A stretch of 64,000 bases of DNA from an uncultured Clostridium sp. (GTDB lineage Bacteria; Bacillota_I; Bacilli_A; RF39; UBA660), in NCBI GenBank assembly GCA_946402315.1, contig CAMIWC010000002.1, positions 36,432 to 100,431 on the forward strand, read 5' to 3'. The position numbers were made by a program, and so were the translations under genes. The notes beneath the pieces are model-generated. The model was not told the origin of the DNA. It searched no databases and saw only the letters and a program-made list of their open reading frames with translations. Shown piece by piece: positions 37,523-47,157 of the stretch. The stretch's first letter is position 1; each line of letters starts with the position of its first letter.

Positions 37523-37550
37523 GACACATATATAATATATGTGTCTTTTT
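37523..37550 (+). terminator. Terminator
   Basis: GACACATATAT-a-ATATATGTGTCTTTTT. Confidence 0.75.
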
Positions 37551-37557
37551 ATTTGTA

Positions 37558-37586
37558 TTGACAAAGAAATAATTTTTTTCTATAAA
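37558..37586 (+). promoter_or_regulatory. Sigma-A promoter of topA
   Basis: TTGACA-17 bp-TATAAA. Confidence 0.7.
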
Positions 37587-37606
37587 TATAAAAGAGGAGT
37601 GAATTT

Positions 37607-39634
37607 ATGGCAAAAAATTTAGTAATAGTTGAGTCTCCTAGTAAGAGTAAAACTATAGAAAAATATTTAGGTAGTAATTATAAAGTAGTATCTTCTAAAG
37701 GACATATAAGAGATTTAGCAACTACTGGTAAATATGGTTTGGGTGTAGATATAGAGAATGATTTTAAACCAAATTATATTCCAGTAGAAGGAAAAACTAA
37801 AACTATTAGTGATCTTAAAAAAGAAGTTAAATCCCATGACATGATTTATCTAGCAACCGACCCAGACCGCGAAGGAGAAGCAATTGCTTGGCATTTAAAA
37901 GATGAATTAGGTATAAAAGAAGATAATTATGGAAGAGTATTATTCCATGAAATAACTAAGGATAAAGTAATAGATGCCTTTAATCACATTGGTAAAATCG
38001 ATTATGATTTAGTACACAGTCAAGAAGCAAGAAGAATATTAGATCGTATTATTGGATTTAGATTAAGTAAATTAATGCAATCTAAAACAGGTGGTAAGAG
38101 TGCGGGTAGAGTACAAAGTGTTGCTTTAAAACTAATAGTAGATCGTGAACGTGAAATAGAAGCCTTTGTACCAGAAGAATACTGGACTATTACTGCGATA
38201 TTTAGAGAATTTGAAGCTAAATTATTTGCCTATAATCATAAAGATATAGAGGTTCATACTGAACAAGAAGCAGATGATATCTTATCTAAATTAAGCAATA
38301 AATTCTTAATAGATTCAATTGAAACTAAATTAAAAAATAAAAAAGCAAAACCTCCTTTTATAACTAGTACATTACAACAAGATGCAGTTAATAAATTAAA
38401 TTTTACATCTAAGAAAACTATGCAAATTGCTCAAAAGTTATATGAAGGAATTGATTTAAAAAGTGAAACTGTCGGACTTATTACTTACATGAGAACTGAT
38501 TCAGTAAGACTTTCTGATGATTTTATTACCTCAGCTAATGCATTTATTAATGAAAAGTATGGTAAAGAATATGTTGGATATGTAAAAACTACGAAGAAAA
38601 AGGAAAATGTTCAAGATGCCCATGAAGCAATAAGACCAACTAGTATTAATAGAACTCCAGAATCAGTAAAAGAATATTTAACTGCTGATGAGTATAAAGT
38701 ATATAGTATGATTTATTATCGTGCTTTAGCATCTCTAATGTCTGATGCTAAAGTAAATGCTACTACAGTAGTTCTAGATAATAATAATTATCAATTTAAA
38801 GCTACAGGTCAAATACTTGTATTTGATGGATACTTAAAAGTTTACAAAGACTATGAAACTACTGAAGATAAGATTCTTCCTGATATGGAAAAGAATAGAG
38901 AAAGTGGATTTATTTCTGAAACAATAGAAAAAGAACAACACTTTACTCAACCACCATCAAGATATACAGAAGCAAAACTAATTAAAGAAATGGAAGACTT
39001 AGGTATTGGTAGACCATCTACATATGCAACTATTATTGATACTATCAAAGAAAGAGAATATGTAATCTTAGATGATAAAAAATTTAAACCTACTGAAATA
39101 GGTATTGAAACTACAGATAAATTACAAGAATTTTTTAAAGATATTATTAATGTAGAATATACAGCTAAAATGGAAAAAGACCTTGATGAAATAGCTGATC
39201 AAAAAATAACAGAACTTGAAATACTTAAGAATTTCTATAATGAATTTGATCCATTGCTTAAGAAAGCTTTCTCTGAAATGGAAAAAGCTGGACCAGAACA
39301 AACAGGAGAAATGTGTCCAGATTGTGGTAGCCCATTAGTAATCAGAAAAGGTAAATATGGAGAATTTGTTGCTTGTTCTAATTATCCAAAATGTAAATAT
39401 ATCAAAAAGGAACAAAAAGAATCACATGATATTTGTAAATGTCCTGTTTGTGGTGGCACAATTATTGAAAGAACTACTAAAAAAGGTAAAACATTCTATG
39501 GATGTAGTAATTATCCTAAATGTAAATTAGCTTCTTGGGATCTCCCTACAGGAGAATTGTGTCCTAATTGTAAGAACCTTTTAGTGGATAAAAATGGCAC
39601 TATAAAATGTAGTAATTGTGATTATGAAAAGTAG
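37607..39634 (+). CDS. topA: DNA topoisomerase I
   Basis: LVIVESPSK, ATDPDREGE, SAGRVQS, ITYMRTDS, AHEAIRP, GIGRPSTY, C-terminal zinc ribbons. Confidence 0.97.
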   Translation: MAKNLVIVESPSKSKTIEKYLGSNYKVVSSKGHIRDLATTGKYGLGVDIENDFKPNYIPVEGKTKTISDLKKEVKSHDMIYLATDPDREGEAIAWHLKDELGIKEDNYGRVLFHEITKDKVIDAFNHIGKIDYDLVHSQEARRILDRIIGFRLSKLMQSKTGGKSAGRVQSVALKLIVDREREIEAFVPEEYWTITAIFREFEAKLFAYNHKDIEVHTEQEADDILSKLSNKFLIDSIETKLKNKKAKPPFITSTLQQDAVNKLNFTSKKTMQIAQKLYEGIDLKSETVGLITYMRTDSVRLSDDFITSANAFINEKYGKEYVGYVKTTKKKENVQDAHEAIRPTSINRTPESVKEYLTADEYKVYSMIYYRALASLMSDAKVNATTVVLDNNNYQFKATGQILVFDGYLKVYKDYETTEDKILPDMEKNRESGFISETIEKEQHFTQPPSRYTEAKLIKEMEDLGIGRPSTYATIIDTIKEREYVILDDKKFKPTEIGIETTDKLQEFFKDIINVEYTAKMEKDLDEIADQKITELEILKNFYNEFDPLLKKAFSEMEKAGPEQTGEMCPDCGSPLVIRKGKYGEFVACSNYPKCKYIKKEQKESHDICKCPVCGGTIIERTTKKGKTFYGCSNYPKCKLASWDLPTGELCPNCKNLLVDKNGTIKCSNCDYEK

Positions 39635-39654
39635 TAGTAAAATACTACTTTTTT
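39627..39654 (+). terminator. Terminator after topA
   Basis: AAAAGTAGTA-gtaaaa-TACTACTTTTTT. Confidence 0.75.
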
Positions 39655-39656
39655 AG

Positions 39657-39685
39657 TTGTAAAAAGATATTTTATATAATATAAT
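39657..39685 (+). promoter_or_regulatory. Sigma-A promoter of the pilin-like/VirB6-like operon
   Basis: TTGTAA-17 bp-TATAAT directly after the topA terminator. Confidence 0.55.
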
Positions 39686-39709
39686 TAAATAGAGTAGGAA
39701 GGTGTCGAA

Positions 39710-40936
39710 ATGAATTCTTTAAAAAGATATTTATTAATTATAACTTTTTTAATTATCGGAGTGTTTTTTATTAATATAGATGTGGTTGATGCTAGATCAC
39801 TTGATTGGCATGCTGTAACTGTCAATTGTATTTATGCTAATGGTGAGAGATTCACTTATGCTTATAATAATGCAAAAGAACAGTGGACAACTGCCCAATC
39901 AAGATACAATTTAAAAGGTACAGATCCACAACAAAATGCAAACAGCCAAGCTACATATTTAGATAACCACCCTTTGGTTGATTCTAATTATAGATGTCAA
40001 AAATATGTTAGTTCATATGTATATCCCCAAGTAAGTAAATTAAAGGATAATGAGACTGCAATAACATTCTATAAATTTGGATCTTCTTCAGATAGTTCTA
40101 GATTGGACCCTGATGACGTTTTACAAAGAAGTGGTTGGTGTCGTTTTTGGGGGTGTGAATGGGCAGAAGCAATTAGTATTGCTGAAACTCAACAAACTAA
40201 TTCTTTGGTATCAGAATCATATGTTTTTGATGATGATGTTACAATTCCAAATGCATCAATATATTACGTTAGAGATGATGGTGATCCTAGACAAGCAGCT
40301 GATGTTAGTGGATATGTAGAAATAATTGTTTATGATAATGCAGTATTTATTCAAAATAATGATTATCTTGCTAGAATTGGCGATGGATATGGAAATTTTT
40401 CAGGTGCCAGCAGAAATAGCGAAGGTAAAGTAAGCGGAGTTCCAACATATATTTATATTAATGAACCTGAACCAAAATCGTCTAAAGATCCAAACGGATC
40501 TGGAGGAGTTGCTTATTCTTTTAATAAAGATCAAACTAATTATAAAGTGTGTGCAAACGCACCATCATCAAGTGGTTGTAAAAATAGATATAAAGTAACT
40601 GATGAAGTATTTGATCCTGGGGCTGGTTCTCCTGGACAAGTGTGTGATGAGATGCCTGAAACAACAAAAGTTCTTAGAGATATAATAAAATATGTTCAAT
40701 TATTAACACCTTTATTAATGATTGTTCTTTCTGGACTTGATATAGGTAGAATTATTTTCTCTGGTGATTTAGAGAAAGAACTTCCTGCTTCTAAGACTAG
40801 AATTATTAGAAGAATGATTGTTGGAGTATCAGTATTCTTCTTACCATTAGTAATAAGTTTATTGATTGATTTCTATAATCAATCTGGAGTTGACTCTGAA
40901 CATCAAATTAAAGAAATACGTTGTTTATTTGAATAA
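39710..40936 (+). CDS. Exported Cys-rich protein ending in a VirB2/TrbC-like (Mbov_0395-type) pilin hairpin
   Basis: Signal peptide ending VDA|; C-terminus C...LRDIIKYVQLLTPLLMIVLSGLDIGRIIFSGD...KTRIIRRMIVGVSVFFLPLVISLLI...C. Confidence 0.65.
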   Translation: MNSLKRYLLIITFLIIGVFFINIDVVDARSLDWHAVTVNCIYANGERFTYAYNNAKEQWTTAQSRYNLKGTDPQQNANSQATYLDNHPLVDSNYRCQKYVSSYVYPQVSKLKDNETAITFYKFGSSSDSSRLDPDDVLQRSGWCRFWGCEWAEAISIAETQQTNSLVSESYVFDDDVTIPNASIYYVRDDGDPRQAADVSGYVEIIVYDNAVFIQNNDYLARIGDGYGNFSGASRNSEGKVSGVPTYIYINEPEPKSSKDPNGSGGVAYSFNKDQTNYKVCANAPSSSGCKNRYKVTDEVFDPGAGSPGQVCDEMPETTKVLRDIIKYVQLLTPLLMIVLSGLDIGRIIFSGDLEKELPASKTRIIRRMIVGVSVFFLPLVISLLIDFYNQSGVDSEHQIKEIRCLFE

Positions 40937-40955
40937 AGAAGGGAGATGGCATTAA

Positions 40956-43634
40956 ATGATATGGTTTATTGACCCGTTTCAAATTATTGAAAATGTAATT
41001 TCAATAGGTGAAGTTGTTATTGAAATAGCCAAATGGTTATTATTGATATGGCTTATCTCTGGTGGATGGCTATATGCAGTAAGAGCTGTTGAATTTATCA
41101 TTGATAAAACTTTGTGTAATTTTATAGCAACTATCTATAAGTATTTCTTAGAAATACTAGAAGGAACAATGTTTAATGAAGATCTTGTAAATGATATTGT
41201 AATGAATATCTATATCTTTATTGGTGTTGTAATTATATTTAGATTAATTCTGGTATTAATGAAATACTTAATTAATCCGGATTTAGTAGCTGATGCTAAA
41301 TTGGGAACAAATACTTTGATTAAGAGGGTATTAATTGGTTTTGTAGGAATACTATTTATACCAACTATTTTCGATATTGGTATGAGATTGCAAGCAGCAA
41401 TTATTAAAGACCAAATTATTCAAAAATTAATTATTCCAAGAGCTGCTATTGATGCAGTTGGAGATCATATTCAAGATGGTGGAAAATATATGGGAGCATA
41501 TGTTTTAGCCGGATTTGTTAATCCATCTTCAGTAGCAACCCAAACAACAAAAAGTGAATTTGAGGTTGCAGTTCAAAAAGGAGATTTCTCGAACGTTAAG
41601 GTTAACAGAGGAGGATTCTTGAGAGATGCTAACGATTATGAATATAGTTACATTATTGTAGTTTCGACTATATGCTTACTGAAAGTATTATCTCACGTAT
41701 TAACTTATACAGTAGATTTGGCTGTCAGAGCATTTAAGATGTTAGTATTCCAAATTTTAGCACCGATAGCAATGGTAGAATATATGATTAGTGGTGCTGA
41801 TAGTGGAGTATTTGCAAACTGGAAGAAAGCAGTTATTGCATGCTATGCATCAATATTTGCTAAAGTAGCTTCCTTGTGGTTTGTCATCTTTGTAACCTTG
41901 TTGATGTCGGGATCTCTTCCTGGATATACAAATGGTTCTTTATTAGCAACTGATGACTATTTGCTAAGAGCAATAATTATAATCGCTTTAATTGGATTCA
42001 TGATGGATTTCCCAAAACTAATTGGAGATGTATTTGGATTCGATTTTGTACAACAATCAAGTGCTTCTGGTATCATAAAAGATATAGGTGGAGTACTTAA
42101 GACAGCTGCTGGTGGTGCACTTGCTTTAGGTGCAGGAGCAGTTGGAGGAGCAATGGGTGCTGCTAAACAAGGATTAGGTTCACTTAAAGGTGCTGCTCAC
42201 GATATTAATGCAGCTAAAAAACTAGGAGATCCTTCTAAAGTGCCGACTTTGAAAGATGCACTTGCTAATAATGGAATGACTGGAGCTAGTGCTGCTAAAC
42301 ACTTAAATGCTATTAGAGATGGTGCTTTTAAGGGTATAGCCGAAATGAACCCATATACTAAAGCTGCATTTGGTGCTTATACTGGAGCAGTATCTGGTCA
42401 AGAAGATATTGATAAGAAAGCAGAAGAAAAGAAAAAACAAGCACAAAGAGATCAATGGGCTGAACAAACAGCAGAATCTACTAAGAGGAGTGCAGATATT
42501 GATGAGGAATGGTTCAAGCATGAAAAGGCTTGGCGTAGACATGATACTGGCCAAGATAGAGATTCAAGTGTAGATGATGCAAGAGATAATGCTTACAGAG
42601 ATTACACTGGAATTACTCAAGGAATGGAAGCAAATGCTGCTAGTGCAATAGCTACTGCTATGGCAGTTGCATCTGCATCTGGAAATCAAAATATTAATGT
42701 TTCTGATATAACTGCTCAAATAACTCAAGCAATTCAAGGAACTGCTTTAGCACAAGATGGTGCTGATTCAAGAGCTGCTGCACAATCTGCTATGACAGAT
42801 ATTGCAACACAATTAAGAACAGACCCTGCAAACGTTGATGCAATTACAGTTGATGCTAATGGACAAGTTACAGATATTGATGTTGGTGCATTACATTCTG
42901 CTGGTTCATTAACTATTCCTGTTGGTGCTACATTAGAGAGTACAATTCAAAGTGAAATCGCAGCTAGTGCTATTTCTACTGTATATGATCAAGGATATGC
43001 GGCTTCTGGATATGATCGTATTATTAGTGTTAGTTCTGATCCAACACAAGCAGTATACGATACAGCTGCTTTCCAACATGGTGTAAATGCTGAACCACTT
43101 GAAGTTATGCAAGATATTAAAGTTAGCGCTAATGTAACAGCTGCTAATACTTCAAGTATAAATGGAACAGTATCAGCTATGGCAGGAGATGTTCAACATA
43201 TATCTTCTCAACAAGATGTAATAGTAGATACTACTCAAAGAATGCATGCAGGACAACAACGTATGGAAGGACAATTAAGTGGAATTCAAGGAGATGTTGG
43301 AAGCATTAAAGGAGATGTTCGTCATATTAGCCAACAAACAGATACAATTGTAGATACTACTGAACAAATTAGAGATGGTGAACAAAGAATTGAAGGACAA
43401 GTAAGAGGAATCAGAAGAGATACTCGTAAAATAAGAGATGAAGTCCATAATATTGATAGAAATGTTGAAACTGTTGTAAATACAACAAATACTATTTCTG
43501 AAAATGTTAATAATATTTCCACAATTACTGGTAGAGCTGAACAAACAATAAATGATATAAGAAGAGACACTGGTAAGATTGCCAATACTAATTTTGATCA
43601 AAATAATTCTGCTTGGGACGATGATGGAAACTAG
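40956..43634 (+). CDS. VirB6/TrbL-like (Mbov_0396-type) polytopic membrane protein with a long C-terminal extension
   Basis: Multiple TMs; VDLAVRAFKMLVFQILAPIA...GVFANWKK; FMMDFPKLIGDVFG; Gly/Ala-rich TrbL-like segment; about 480-aa hydrophilic tail. Confidence 0.75.
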   Translation: MIWFIDPFQIIENVISIGEVVIEIAKWLLLIWLISGGWLYAVRAVEFIIDKTLCNFIATIYKYFLEILEGTMFNEDLVNDIVMNIYIFIGVVIIFRLILVLMKYLINPDLVADAKLGTNTLIKRVLIGFVGILFIPTIFDIGMRLQAAIIKDQIIQKLIIPRAAIDAVGDHIQDGGKYMGAYVLAGFVNPSSVATQTTKSEFEVAVQKGDFSNVKVNRGGFLRDANDYEYSYIIVVSTICLLKVLSHVLTYTVDLAVRAFKMLVFQILAPIAMVEYMISGADSGVFANWKKAVIACYASIFAKVASLWFVIFVTLLMSGSLPGYTNGSLLATDDYLLRAIIIIALIGFMMDFPKLIGDVFGFDFVQQSSASGIIKDIGGVLKTAAGGALALGAGAVGGAMGAAKQGLGSLKGAAHDINAAKKLGDPSKVPTLKDALANNGMTGASAAKHLNAIRDGAFKGIAEMNPYTKAAFGAYTGAVSGQEDIDKKAEEKKKQAQRDQWAEQTAESTKRSADIDEEWFKHEKAWRRHDTGQDRDSSVDDARDNAYRDYTGITQGMEANAASAIATAMAVASASGNQNINVSDITAQITQAIQGTALAQDGADSRAAAQSAMTDIATQLRTDPANVDAITVDANGQVTDIDVGALHSAGSLTIPVGATLESTIQSEIAASAISTVYDQGYAASGYDRIISVSSDPTQAVYDTAAFQHGVNAEPLEVMQDIKVSANVTAANTSSINGTVSAMAGDVQHISSQQDVIVDTTQRMHAGQQRMEGQLSGIQGDVGSIKGDVRHISQQTDTIVDTTEQIRDGEQRIEGQVRGIRRDTRKIRDEVHNIDRNVETVVNTTNTISENVNNISTITGRAEQTINDIRRDTGKIANTNFDQNNSAWDDDGN
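43185..43562 (+). repeat. Three degenerate 126-bp (42-aa, 6-heptad) repeats in the VirB6-like tail
   Basis: GDVQHIS at 43185, GDVRHIS at 43311, DEVHNID at 43437, each followed by IVDTT/VVNTT. Confidence 0.75.
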
Positions 43635-43646
43635 AATTAATTTAAT

Positions 43647-43671
43647 AACAAGTACGAAAGTACTTGTTTTT
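43647..43671 (+). terminator. Terminator
   Basis: AACAAGTAC-GAAA-GTACTTGTTTTT. Confidence 0.85.
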
Positions 43672-43716
43672 CTTTTGTCTGAAAAGCATAAATGTTATAA
43701 TTAAATTGGTGATATT

Positions 43717-46326
43717 ATGAAAAAAGTTTTACTTATAGATGGTAATAATATATTATTCCGTAGTTATTATGCTACTGCATATAATGGTAATACTATGAAG
43801 AATAGTAAAGGATTTCCTACTAATGCTTTATATGGATTAGTTAATATGATGAATAAGATTATTCATGAAGAAAATCCTGAATATGTAATGATTGCTTTTG
43901 ATAAAGGTAAGACTTTTAGGCATGATAAATATTCTGATTATAAAGGTGGTAGAAGTGCTACTCCAGATGAATTAGTTGTTCAATTCCCTAAGGCAAGAGA
44001 ACTTGTTAACGCTATGGGATTTAAGTACTTTGAAATAGATAATTATGAAGCTGACGATATAATTGGTACTTTTGCTAAAAAAGTAGATGAAAGCAGTGAC
44101 TATGTCGCTACTATCATTTCTAGTGATAAAGATTTACTACAACTAATTAGTGATAAAGTAGAAGTAAAACTTCTTAAGTCAAATGATTATATTCGTATGA
44201 CTAAAGAAGAATTTGAAAAGACTTATGGGATTGAACCACCAAGAATGGTTGATTTAAAAGCACTTATGGGTGACTCTAGTGACAATATTCCTGGAGTAGC
44301 TGGAGTAGGTGAAAAGACTGCTTTAAAACTTTTACAAGAGTATAAAACTTTAGGTAACTTATATAACAACATTGATTCAGTTACTGGAAAAGTAAAAGAA
44401 AAACTTGAAACAGATAAAGACAATGCTTTCATGAGTTATGATTTAGCAACTATCTATAAAGATGTAGATATAGATACTGATTTTAATAAGATTAAATATA
44501 CAGGAATAGATACTTTAAAATATATTGATATTTTAAATGATTTAGAGTTCTATTCATTAATTAAAAAATTAGATATAGAAGAGTCTGATATCAAAGAAAA
44601 TATAATGGATATAGATTATAAGATTATAAATAATCTAGATAGTATTAATCTTAAAGATGATTTTTCTATCTATGTAGAAACATATGGATATGATTATCAT
44701 AAAGATGAAATACTAGGTATATCAATTTATAACAAAGATATGTCTTATTACATTCCTTTTGATGTAATTAAGAATAATCCAACTATTTTAAATAGTTCTT
44801 ATAAAAAGAGTACATATGATTTAAAGAAATCAATCTATGTACTCGCTAAAAATAATTTAAGTATATCTAATGTAGATTTTGATCTAATGATTGCCGAGTA
44901 TCTTCTAAATGAAAATATTAAAGATGATATAGCTTATCTTATGAACAATAACGGATATAGTGTAGAGTTCTATGAAAAAGAATTTGGTACTTTAGCAAAA
45001 CTATCTATGCCAAATGAAGAAATAATTGCAAAGAATGCTTGTATGAAAGCTAAGTTCATTTATGAAATGAAAGATAAAGTACTTGATAAATTAAAAGAAG
45101 ATAAGAGTTTAAATTTATTTGAAAACTTAGAAATGCCACTAGTTGAAGTACTTGCTGATATGGAATTAACTGGTATTAGAGTTAATAAAGATTATTTAAT
45201 TGAAATGGGTAAAGAATTAAATAATAAAATAGATGGTATTGCTAATCAAATATATGAATATAGTGGAGAAGAGTTTAATATATCTTCACCTAAGCAATTA
45301 GGAGATATTTTATTTGTAAAGATGGGACTTCCTTATCCTAAAAGAGTTAAAAATGAATCTTTTTCAACAAGTGTAGACATCTTACAAAAGATAGAACATG
45401 TTCATCCAATAATTCCATTAATAGAAGAATATCGTACTTTAACTAAATTAAATGGTACATATATTGAAGGATTAATAAATGAAATAGATAGTGATGGAAA
45501 GATTCATACTTGTTTTAATCAAACTTTAACAAGAACTGGAAGACTTTCTTCATCAAATCCAAATCTTCAAAACATACCGATTAGATATGATTATGGAAAA
45601 CTAATTAGAAAAGCATTTATACCAGAAGAAGATTCAATTCTTTTATCAAGTGACTATTCACAAATAGAACTTCGAGTATTTGCTTCTTTATCTAATGCTA
45701 CTAATATGATTGACGCCTTTAAAAAAGGACTTGATATCCACGCTAAAACAGCTAGTGATATCTTTGGAGTACCAATAGATAAAGTTGAACCTAAAATGCG
45801 TAGAGAAGCTAAAGTAGTTAACTTTGGTATTTTATATGGTATGAGTAGTTTTGGACTATCTGAAGACTTAAATATGAATTTTAAAGAGGCCCAAGAATTC
45901 TTAGATAATTATTTAAAAAGTTATCCAGCTATTAAAGAATATATGGATAGTGTAGTTAAAGTAGCTCACGAACAAGGTTTTGTTAAAACTATTATGGGGC
46001 GTAAACGTATTATTGATGAACTTAATAATAAGAATTATTTAATTCGTCAAAGTGGAGAAAGAATGGCTAAAAATACACCAGTACAAGGAAGTGCTGCTGA
46101 TATCTTAAAGAAAGCTATGATTGAAATATATGATGAATTTAATAAACGAGGACTTAAAAGTAAAATGTTAATCCAAGTACATGATGAACTTGTGTTTAAT
46201 ATTCCTAAGTTAGAAGAAGATGAAGCGACGAGAATTATTAAAGATATAATGGAAAATACATATGAATTAAAAGTACCACTTGTAGTAGATATTAATAAAG
46301 GATCAGATTGGTACGAAGCAAAGTAG
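43717..46326 (+). CDS. polA: DNA polymerase I
   Basis: LIDGN, YEADDIIGT, LMGDSSDNIPGV, TGRLSSSNPNLQNIP, DYSQIELR, QVHDEL. Confidence 0.97.
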   Translation: MKKVLLIDGNNILFRSYYATAYNGNTMKNSKGFPTNALYGLVNMMNKIIHEENPEYVMIAFDKGKTFRHDKYSDYKGGRSATPDELVVQFPKARELVNAMGFKYFEIDNYEADDIIGTFAKKVDESSDYVATIISSDKDLLQLISDKVEVKLLKSNDYIRMTKEEFEKTYGIEPPRMVDLKALMGDSSDNIPGVAGVGEKTALKLLQEYKTLGNLYNNIDSVTGKVKEKLETDKDNAFMSYDLATIYKDVDIDTDFNKIKYTGIDTLKYIDILNDLEFYSLIKKLDIEESDIKENIMDIDYKIINNLDSINLKDDFSIYVETYGYDYHKDEILGISIYNKDMSYYIPFDVIKNNPTILNSSYKKSTYDLKKSIYVLAKNNLSISNVDFDLMIAEYLLNENIKDDIAYLMNNNGYSVEFYEKEFGTLAKLSMPNEEIIAKNACMKAKFIYEMKDKVLDKLKEDKSLNLFENLEMPLVEVLADMELTGIRVNKDYLIEMGKELNNKIDGIANQIYEYSGEEFNISSPKQLGDILFVKMGLPYPKRVKNESFSTSVDILQKIEHVHPIIPLIEEYRTLTKLNGTYIEGLINEIDSDGKIHTCFNQTLTRTGRLSSSNPNLQNIPIRYDYGKLIRKAFIPEEDSILLSSDYSQIELRVFASLSNATNMIDAFKKGLDIHAKTASDIFGVPIDKVEPKMRREAKVVNFGILYGMSSFGLSEDLNMNFKEAQEFLDNYLKSYPAIKEYMDSVVKVAHEQGFVKTIMGRKRIIDELNNKNYLIRQSGERMAKNTPVQGSAADILKKAMIEIYDEFNKRGLKSKMLIQVHDELVFNIPKLEEDEATRIIKDIMENTYELKVPLVVDINKGSDWYEAK

Positions 46327-46335
46327 GTGAAATAT

Positions 46336-47157
46336 ATGCCTGAACTACCTGAAGTAGAAACAGTAAAAGAAACATTAAAAAGAAAAGTAACTGGTAAAAC
46401 TATTAAAAGTGTAACAGTTAGACATAATAATATAATTGCTTATCCATTAGTAGAAGAATTTAAGAAAAAACTAATTGGTCAAGAAATAAAAACTCTTTCT
46501 CGTAGAGGAAAATGGATAATCTTTCATTTAACTGATTATTATATGTTGTCTCATCTTCGTATGGAAGGAAAATATTTTCTAAAAGATAAGGATGACGAAA
46601 TAACAAAACATCAACATGTAATATTTGAATTTACTGATGGAACGTCATTAAGATATCAAGATGTACGTAAATTTGGTAGAATGTATCTAGTTAAAAAAGA
46701 TGAATTAGAAGATTGTGAACCAATTAAAGAGTTAGGTTTAGAACCGTGGGATAAAGAACTAACTACAACTTATCTAAAAGATAAATATAAGAGCTTAAAA
46801 CATCCTATTAAAAGTGTTTTGCTTGATCAAAGTATTATTACAGGAATTGGAAATATTTATGCAGATGAAATACTTTTTCTTAGTAAAATTAATCCTAATA
46901 AATTACCTAAAGAATTAAAAGATAAAGACTTATCTAATATAATCGAAAATACTAAATCAGTACTTGAAGAAGCAATAAAAAAAGGTGGTACCACAATTAG
47001 GAGTTATACTTCTGATGAAGGTATAACTGGTATGTTTCAAAATGACTTGTATGTTCATCAAAGAGCAAATGAAAAATGTAGGGTGTGTGGTTCTACAATT
47101 GTTAAAACTCGAATTGGAGGAAGAGGGACTTATTACTGTCCTAAGTGCCAAAAATGA
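46336..47157 (+). CDS. mutM: Formamidopyrimidine-DNA glycosylase
   Basis: MPELPEVE, RRGK, HLRMEG, GIGNIYADE, C-terminal zinc finger. Confidence 0.96.
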   Translation: MPELPEVETVKETLKRKVTGKTIKSVTVRHNNIIAYPLVEEFKKKLIGQEIKTLSRRGKWIIFHLTDYYMLSHLRMEGKYFLKDKDDEITKHQHVIFEFTDGTSLRYQDVRKFGRMYLVKKDELEDCEPIKELGLEPWDKELTTTYLKDKYKSLKHPIKSVLLDQSIITGIGNIYADEILFLSKINPNKLPKELKDKDLSNIIENTKSVLEEAIKKGGTTIRSYTSDEGITGMFQNDLYVHQRANEKCRVCGSTIVKTRIGGRGTYYCPKCQK

